Below, piece after piece: positions 15,776 to 20,000 of a stretch of DNA of 20,000 nt (position 1 is the stretch's first letter; every line of letters begins with the position of its first letter). The stretch is from an uncultured virus (IMG/VR IMGVR_UViG_3300029288_000154) (Duplodnaviria; Heunggongvirae; Uroviricota; Caudoviricetes). The position numbers were made by a program, and so were the translations under genes. Where the stretch lies: the IMG/VR virus record IMGVR_UViG_3300029288_000154. One strand, 5' to 3'. The notes under the pieces were generated by a model. That model saw only the letters and a list, made by a program, of their open reading frames with translations, was not told the origin of the DNA and searched no databases.

Positions 15776-16004
15776 ATGAATTTCAAACATCTCTGATATC
15801 TTTTTTGCCTCCCCGTCGAGCTATTGTATAAATTCTCAACTAAAATGGGTATATGCTGTTTATCAAGCATGTATTATGTTTATAATGTTGCTTGGAACTT
15901 TGTTGTTTGGATTTTACATATTCTGTAGTTTGTTTCTTTTGTATAATGTTGTGGTTGTTGTATTCCTACACAACGACGAAGTTTTTAGAAGATGTATAAA
16001 GTAA
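15776..16004 (+). pseudogene. membrane-protein ORF whose SD-linked ATG is out of frame
   Basis: SD AAGGA plus ATG at 15776; the long hydrophobic reading frame 15780..16004 (ISNISDIFF...LLGTLLFGFYIFCSLFLL...RCIK*) is +1 relative to it. Confidence 0.45.
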
Positions 16005-16015
16005 GGAAATAATAA

Positions 16016-16366
16016 ATGAAAACTTACAGCGTTTGGGGAGAAAGTATAAAAGAACCAAATACTCTTTTTGAAGGAACAACCTCCCCAAAATTTGTAAATG
16101 GTGACCTACAGCCAGATTGTCCTGTTTTCATTTGTTCGTTTCAAGCTAATTGTTTGGAAACTGCTAACGATAAATATAAGAAGATTATTGAATTTCACTA
16201 CTCAAATACATTTTATATTTATTGTAGCCAGTGTCCTCATTTAATCGAACATTTTGTATATGCTGAAAATAATAAATGTTGTTTGTTCAATAAAATAATG
16301 CCGCGTGATGAAATGGGAGATACAGAACGATTGGATGAATGTAAAGAAGTTTTTGTTGATTATTGA
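16016..16366 (+). CDS. Cys-rich hypothetical protein
   Basis: 116 aa, SD AAGGA; CSQCPH, CCLF and terminal C. Confidence 0.75.
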   Translation: MKTYSVWGESIKEPNTLFEGTTSPKFVNGDLQPDCPVFICSFQANCLETANDKYKKIIEFHYSNTFYIYCSQCPHLIEHFVYAENNKCCLFNKIMPRDEMGDTERLDECKEVFVDY

Positions 16367-16390
16367 TTACCCAAAAAAGGAAAAATAAAA

Positions 16391-16735
16391 ATGAAGAAAC
16401 TAATTTTTGCTCTGCTTGCTGTTGTTGGAATTTCTCAGGCAACTGTTCTTGAAAAGGGATACGCTCAAGGTTATTCTACAGTTTATGGAAGTAGTTCAGA
16501 CACATATACCGAATATTTCGTTGGCGGATTTGCTGCTGGCGCTTATCTGAGTGGAAATGGAAATACAGATTTGGATTTGTATATCTATGACGCCAATGGA
16601 AATCTAATTTGTCGTTCGGAAGCTATGTTTGATGATGAATATTGTATTTGGACTCCTTCTTGGACTGGAATGTTTAAGGTGGTTGTGAAGAATCGTGGAA
16701 GTATTTCTAATCGTTACTTCCTAAAGCTTCAGTGA
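16391..16735 (+). CDS. secreted protein with a PPC (pre-peptidase C-terminal)-like beta domain
   Basis: Signal peptide MKKLIFALLAVVGISQA; GNTDLDLYIYDANGNLI...DEYC...TG.FKVVVKN pattern. Confidence 0.75.
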   Translation: MKKLIFALLAVVGISQATVLEKGYAQGYSTVYGSSSDTYTEYFVGGFAAGAYLSGNGNTDLDLYIYDANGNLICRSEAMFDDEYCIWTPSWTGMFKVVVKNRGSISNRYFLKLQ

Positions 16736-16747
16736 GATAAAGGCTTC

Positions 16748-16818
16748 GCTCGCATAGGTAAATGGTATACCAAGGAATTTGTAATTCTTAATTTTCTGTT
16801 CGATTCAGAATGTGAGCA
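16748..16818 (+). tRNA. tRNA-Thr(UGU)
   Basis: Acceptor GCTCGCA/TGTGAGC, D stem GGTA/TACC, anticodon arm AGGAA-TT-TGT-AA-TTCTT, T arm TTCTG-TTCGATT-CAGAA. Confidence 0.9.
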
Positions 16819-16822
16819 TCTC

Positions 16823-16966
16823 ATGAAAATTAAAACAGACATTGGAGGTTTTGGAATTTATTCCAAAACCTTTTATTATTCTTATTCAAACAGATGGTGT
16901 GTTTATTTTGACACCCCGTTTGAAATTCGCACAACCTTAGTCGCAACAAGATTTAACAAGTTATGA
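16823..16966 (+). CDS. MKI-family microprotein (47 aa)
   Basis: MKIKTDIGGFGIYSK...VATRFNKL*; starts 4 nt after tRNA-Thr; ATGA overlap downstream. Confidence 0.7.
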   Translation: MKIKTDIGGFGIYSKTFYYSYSNRWCVYFDTPFEIRTTLVATRFNKL

Positions 16967-17145
16967 AAATTTCAACTTACATAAAATTTATTTCTAAAAC
17001 AAATCCGCTCGAAATCCGATACGAAAAATATGAACCTACTATTGTTGACCATTTTGTTGATAATTTCAGTACAACCTTCTTATCACCAAACACAAACTTC
17101 TATAGGTTTTCTAAAATTTTTCCAAACTGCGTAATTGAAGATTAA
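16963..17145 (+). CDS. MKI-family microprotein (60 aa)
   Basis: MKISTYIK...RYEKY...YRFSKIF. Confidence 0.7.
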   Translation: MKISTYIKFISKTNPLEIRYEKYEPTIVDHFVDNFSTTFLSPNTNFYRFSKIFPNCVIED

Positions 17146-17281
17146 ATTAACTCTCCATACATATCCTAATTTGGGTCAATTTTATTTTGTTCGTTATGAA
17201 AAATACCAACAACCTTTTGGGTTCTTTGGTTTTAATGGATACAGAAGGTTTTCTTATTGTAACCGAGTAAAACTAAGGTAA
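17135..17281 (+). CDS. MKI-family microprotein (48 aa)
   Basis: TTG start (M)KIKLTLHT...RYEKY...YRRFSY; paralog of the previous ORF. Confidence 0.65.
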   Translation: MKIKLTLHTYPNLGQFYFVRYEKYQQPFGFFGFNGYRRFSYCNRVKLR

Positions 17282-17287
17282 TATATT

Positions 17288-17462
17288 TTGAAAATCCAAA
17301 CAAGATTTAACATGATGAAAAAGGGGGAATTCTGGTTTTCTGTTTTAGGAACGCTTACAGTTGATATTTACTCAGATATAAAAAAAACTATTCTTAGACA
17401 ATCCTGAATCAAACAAGCTCAGATTAGCTAAAACATTTAGTGGTTATAAGAGATTCGTATGA
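17288..17462 (+). pseudogene. MKI-family microprotein frameshifted in an A8 run
   Basis: (M)KIQTRFNM...SDIKK; removing one A from A8 (17380-17387) continues LFLDNPESNKLRLAKTF...RFV* and ends in an ATGA overlap with 17459. Confidence 0.6.
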
Positions 17463-17722
17463 AAATCAAATGGATAATTACAGAGTATAATATTTTTATC
17501 ACCGAAAATTTTGAGTTTGATTTTCCGTCAAGAGAATACCGAATAGACGGGGTTCTTAATCAAACAACTCCATTCAACTCATCCAAATTATGTAAGAGAT
17601 TGGCAAGATATTTTCGTTTCGAGCATGAATATGATTTTCACGAAACTTATTGGGATGCTGAAGAGTATTGTCAAGAAGTTGAATTCGATAACGAAAACAA
17701 GTTTGATAAATATGAAAATTGA
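17459..17722 (+). CDS. MKI-family microprotein (87 aa) with an acidic tail
   Basis: MKIKWIITE...LCKRLARYF. Confidence 0.7.
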   Translation: MKIKWIITEYNIFITENFEFDFPSREYRIDGVLNQTTPFNSSKLCKRLARYFRFEHEYDFHETYWDAEEYCQEVEFDNENKFDKYEN

Positions 17723-17864
17723 AACGAGATTTTATACTTGGCGTTGCTATACTATTTTCTTATCTGGACAAGAAGAATTGTTTTCGTTATGTTTGGAAGA
17801 ACTTGATTACCGTTATCCAATTAAAACATCTGTAAATTTGAAACGATTAAGGAAAATCTTTTGA
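17712..17864 (+). CDS. MKI-family microprotein (50 aa)
   Basis: ATG at 17712; MKIETRFY...LKRLRKIF*. Confidence 0.7.
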   Translation: MKIETRFYTWRCYTIFLSGQEELFSLCLEELDYRYPIKTSVNLKRLRKIF

Positions 17865-18055
17865 AGATTAGGCTTTTGTTAACTGCGACAAAAATACAAA
17901 CAAAACAATTTGAAATTTGGTGGCCGATTGTTGAGAATAATTGTCAACTATACCAGTGGGTTAAATTTGATTGTGATAATTTGTGCCGACGCCTCGGAAA
18001 ATATTATTCCGTAACATATATTTATTTTGAAGATAGATTTGTTTCGGGAATGTGA
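17861..18055 (+). CDS. MKI-family microprotein (64 aa)
   Basis: TTGA overlap; MKIRLLLT...LCRRLGKYY; paralog of 17459. Confidence 0.7.
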   Translation: MKIRLLLTATKIQTKQFEIWWPIVENNCQLYQWVKFDCDNLCRRLGKYYSVTYIYFEDRFVSGM

Positions 18056-18151
18056 TTTTGAGCTAGACAAATTCCATAAAGATGTTGATAATGATGAGTA
18101 GATTATATGGAATGATTTACGGAATAAAAAGCAAGATTAGAAAGATTTCCC

Positions 18152-18180
18152 TTGCCTTGGAAGAAATAATTGTGTATATT
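18152..18180 (+). promoter_or_regulatory. sigma70-type promoter
   Basis: GAAAGATTTCCC-TTGCCT-N17-TATATT-AAAGG. Confidence 0.8.
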
Positions 18181-18229
18181 AAAGGCAAGCGGGTCCAACA
18201 GAACCTACAGGAAAGAAAGAAATAAATAA

Positions 18230-18562
18230 ATGAAACCGACAAACATTGAAATAGCTCTTGGTTCTATTCCTGGAATTCTGATTATTGTTGGAATTTTCTT
18301 TGCTGTTACCAATAAAGAATCGGTTGGAATTAAAAAGTTTGACAATGAGACTTCTGAAAACGGTTCGTTGTCTGTAGTATTCTCAGATTCAAATTTATCA
18401 AAGACTCATTTGTTTAATTCTCCTGTAAAGTTTGAAACATACACTGTTGGATATTCATTTGCTAAGGTTGATGTTAAGCTTCCAGAAAACAATATTCCAA
18501 AAGCGTTTTATGATTCAACTACTAAGAGTTTCTATCATGAAGCTAATGGAATAAGGTTTTGA
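18230..18562 (+). CDS. membrane-anchored hypothetical protein
   Basis: 110 aa with an N-terminal TM segment (IALGSIPGILIIVGIFFAV). Confidence 0.75.
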   Translation: MKPTNIEIALGSIPGILIIVGIFFAVTNKESVGIKKFDNETSENGSLSVVFSDSNLSKTHLFNSPVKFETYTVGYSFAKVDVKLPENNIPKAFYDSTTKSFYHEANGIRF

Positions 18563-18563
18563 T

Positions 18564-19238
18564 ATGAAAATTGTCAAGATGTATTGCGACATTCATAACG
18601 CAGATGCCGATTTGATTTTTTGGATTGGTTCTGGATTTGTCCAAGTCAATAAGGATTTGGAAATTATCCAATCTAACAACCCCAGTTTTTCTGTAGGTGA
18701 TGTTGTCGACAAGAAACAATTTGGAGATTTGATTCTTTCTTCTAACGAAATCAAATTTGAAACCAAGGATGGTGAGATTCCGTGTGCCGAGATTCACCTT
18801 GACGATGGGACTACTTTTTACGACACCGCCAAATATTTTTCTAAGAAATTTTGGATGCTTATGGATGAAACTGTTGTTGAAGAAGAAAAGACTAACAATG
18901 ATAATTCTAAATTGCCAAATATAGCAAGTAAATCTGGCAATCCGTTTAAGGAAATTGTATGTTCTATTTGTGGTAGTAATGACGTAAAAATGTTTGCCGC
19001 AGAACCAGTTGAAGATGATTGTAAAATTGATAACATTTGTATTGGTAAAAGTTACGATAATTTAATGTTTGAAAAGTATATTAATCATGTTGTTTTGGGA
19101 TGTTGTGAAGTGTGTCAAGATGAGGCTCTGTTAAAAGTTACTATGAATGATGGAACTATTTTTGATGAAGATGAAAATGCCGCTTGTCAATATGCTTTGA
19201 AGAATTGGGATAACCTAATTACTCGGCTGGGAATTTGA
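18564..19238 (+). CDS. acidic hypothetical protein with two CxxC motifs
   Basis: 224 aa; CSIC and CEVC suggest a Zn ribbon. Confidence 0.75.
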   Translation: MKIVKMYCDIHNADADLIFWIGSGFVQVNKDLEIIQSNNPSFSVGDVVDKKQFGDLILSSNEIKFETKDGEIPCAEIHLDDGTTFYDTAKYFSKKFWMLMDETVVEEEKTNNDNSKLPNIASKSGNPFKEIVCSICGSNDVKMFAAEPVEDDCKIDNICIGKSYDNLMFEKYINHVVLGCCEVCQDEALLKVTMNDGTIFDEDENAACQYALKNWDNLITRLGI

Positions 19239-19345
19239 TATTGGACCACGAAGAAGATTTTGACTATTTGCTTGACGATGAAATACAACCATTGGGTTTA
19301 GGTTTCGTAAGCAGATTTCAATATAACACAACAAAGGAGAAAAAT

Positions 19346-20000
19346 ATGTTTAAGAATATCAGCCAAAAGATGATGGGACGAATGTTCCGCAAGGTCGATG
19401 AAGCCGTTTGGGATTTGATGACCGGAAAGATTGGAATTCGCACTGATGACGGAATTGTCACTCTTGAAGGAACTGGAGAAGACGCGCAAATTTCCATCAA
19501 CGTTCTGGAAGATTTTGGTCTTCCACTCCCTGCTTTCGCTCAGAACACTCCCGTCGATTCGATTAAAGATGGAGATTTGATTTTCTCCGCATCTAAGGTT
19601 CTTGGTTATGTTGTCAAGAAGACCGAAAAGGGATTCCGAATTCTAAAGCTCGATGGAACGCTAACTTCTTGGAATCCGCCGAAAGTTTCGATGATTGGTT
19701 TTGATGGTGTTAGTGGCGCTCTTGTCCTTCGTTCTCTATTCAACACTTTTCCGGATGGTGATAAAGGATTGTCGGCGCTTCAGGGAAGTCTTATGCCAAT
19801 GCTCATGATGATGGGAGACAATCTCGATCTTGATAATATGCTTCCTATGCTTCTCATGTCTCAGAACGGAATGATGGGTGGAGCAGCAGGAATGGGAAAT
19901 ATGATGCAGACAATGATGCTGATGAACATGATGAAGGGTGGAGAAAATCCAATGAAGAACATGTTTGGTGGAGACAAGTCTGGTTCTTCTCACTTCTCTC
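19346..20000 (+). CDS. hypothetical protein with a Met/Gly-rich C-terminal region (runs off the window)
   Basis: SD AAGGAG, ATG at 19346, open for 218 codons to the window end (MFKNISQKMMGRMFRKVDEAVWDLMTGKIG...MMQTMMLMNMMKGG); missing from the ORF track because it has no stop. Confidence 0.9.
   Translation, partial: MFKNISQKMMGRMFRKVDEAVWDLMTGKIGIRTDDGIVTLEGTGEDAQISINVLEDFGLPLPAFAQNTPVDSIKDGDLIFSASKVLGYVVKKTEKGFRILKLDGTLTSWNPPKVSMIGFDGVSGALVLRSLFNTFPDGDKGLSALQGSLMPMLMMMGDNLDLDNMLPMLLMSQNGMMGGAAGMGNMMQTMMLMNMMKGGENPMKNMFGGDKSGSSHFS

Noticed and set aside
298..18055. CRISPR array, integron attC cassettes or a diversity-generating retroelement as the explanation for the arrays
   Set aside because: No regularly spaced identical DNA repeats, no intergenic palindromic attC-like sites (the genes overlap), no reverse transcriptase and no TR/VR pair differing at adenines were seen in the window.
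18030..18110. Possible frameshifted acidic tail of ORF 17861 (…ECDFELDKFHKDVDNDE*) resembling the tail of 17459
   Set aside because: The similarity is low-complexity, there is no slippery site, and the ORF is acceptable as is.
1453..19993. Minus-strand ORFs in the track (e.g. 1453-1671, 3391-3657, 11518-11709, 13260-13580, 19736-19993)
   Set aside because: They are antisense shadows of better-supported + strand genes or RNAs and have no recognisable motifs; the His-rich 19736 ORF merely mirrors ATG repeats.
1..20000. Stop-codon reassignment (TAG or TGA recoded), suggested by many short ORFs, the rarity of TAG stops and TAG-CTG-TGA at 615-623
   Set aside because: Long genes (M32, HNH, TilS) are intact in code 11, TGA ends many genes in precise ATGA overlaps, the broken genes are explained by frameshifts, and no suppressor tRNA is seen. 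One suggestive TAG case is insufficient.

Overview
AT-rich, gene-dense segment with all credible genes on the + strand, most consistent with an accessory/tRNA region of a large (jumbo-type) dsDNA bacteriophage (inference). Recognisable proteins: a Nudix hydrolase, an M32 carboxypeptidase, a free-standing HNH endonuclease, a nucleotidyltransferase-like protein, a minimal TilS and a secreted PPC-like protein. There are six CCA-less tRNA genes: Arg-UCU, Leu-UAA, Ser-UGA, Tyr-GUA, a CAU tRNA and Thr-UGU. tRNA-Leu is split by a 262-nt group I intron at position 33/34, with the HNH gene directly downstream. Five related sigma70-type promoters are present; two form a 45-bp direct repeat around a single gene. 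The most striking unexplained structure is about 30 small (39-93 aa), mostly start/stop-coupled ORFs, mainly in four arrays. Most start M-K-I-x-(L/T) and carry an R-[LMF]-x-K-[WYFL]-like motif near the C-terminus, with highly divergent middles. Many are below the ORF-track cutoff. They use AUA/UUA/AGA codons that two neighbouring genes avoid entirely and that the local tRNA/TilS set would decode. Several genes are split by single frameshifts, two of them in poly-A runs.
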